A stretch of DNA of 62,975 bases, counting the filler, from Choristocarpus tenellus KU-1152 (taxonomy: Eukaryota > Protista > Phaeophyceae): assembly GCA_964200185.2 (NCBI GenBank). It is 9 parts of 9 records of this genome, joined end to end, with 100 filler letters (N's around TTAATTAATTAA, not from the genome) between each part and the next. Parts side by side here need not be neighbours in the genome. Positions count along the whole stretch, not along the records: positions 58,642 to 62,975 come from CAXNAD020015064.1; 8 more parts are not named here. The stretch is one strand, 5' to 3'. The first letter of the stretch is position 1, and every line of letters starts with the position of its first letter. The notes below the pieces were generated by a model that did not search any database, was not told where the DNA came from, and saw nothing but the letters and a program-made list of their open reading frames with translations. Positions 62,602 through 62,975 of this stretch are shown piece by piece. The position numbers and the translations under genes were made by a program.

Positions 62602-62975
62602 CTGAAGAAGGGTCACAATCAGGATGAGAAGACTAGACATTAGGACCGATTTGCACCATTACCATGAGCAACAACAACGATGACCATTTCCATCGTGAAG
62701 TATTTTGTACACCTTTTTCACCGCTTTGGAAACAATTTTTCTTAATCCCAACAACAACAATAACAACAACATCAACGAATCTGATCGGGTTGAAGCACGG
62801 TACATACTTCTTCAACCAAATATGCCCACATTTCAAACAAAAACGAAAAATCACCCACGTGGAAAAAAAAAAGAGGCAAAAAAAACCATAATTATTGTTA
62901 TTATTTTGTCGATCACCTACACACACTACCGGAGAAAACAAGAAACGAAAAATTATAACATGTGAGGGGTGGGGG

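Overview
This is eukaryotic nuclear DNA, most likely from an ochrophyte (brown alga or close relative). That assignment is inferred from intron-rich genes, a signal-peptide+'AF' plastid-targeting N-terminus and a WLDD-type Gypsy RT. The window is nine contigs joined by eight identical 100-bp N spacers containing TTAATTAATTAA, so neighbourhoods across gaps may be artificial. Host genes were reconstructed by hand from splice sites: the 3' part of a U2A'-like (SNRPA1) gene with an acidic linker and SAP domain; a complete 4-exon ICMT/PEMT-family methyltransferase; an 11-exon BCS1-like AAA+ ATPase; a PAM2-motif hypothetical gene; three exons of UBR4/BIG; and the 3' end of OGG1. Much of the rest is transposon debris: Gypsy, Copia, CRE-like LINEs and four related MITE families with GAG/GGG ends and 4-bp TSDs (Sola2-like). 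The most striking item is a ~750-bp AT-rich mosaic of bacterial gene fragments inside intron 3 of the AAA gene (46759-47510). It contains a DegT-family aminotransferase end, an IS481 transposase start and the carA-carB operon junction, and two of the pieces carry frameshifts. It looks like endosymbiont-derived DNA integrated into the nucleus. I found no intact multi-gene novel system.
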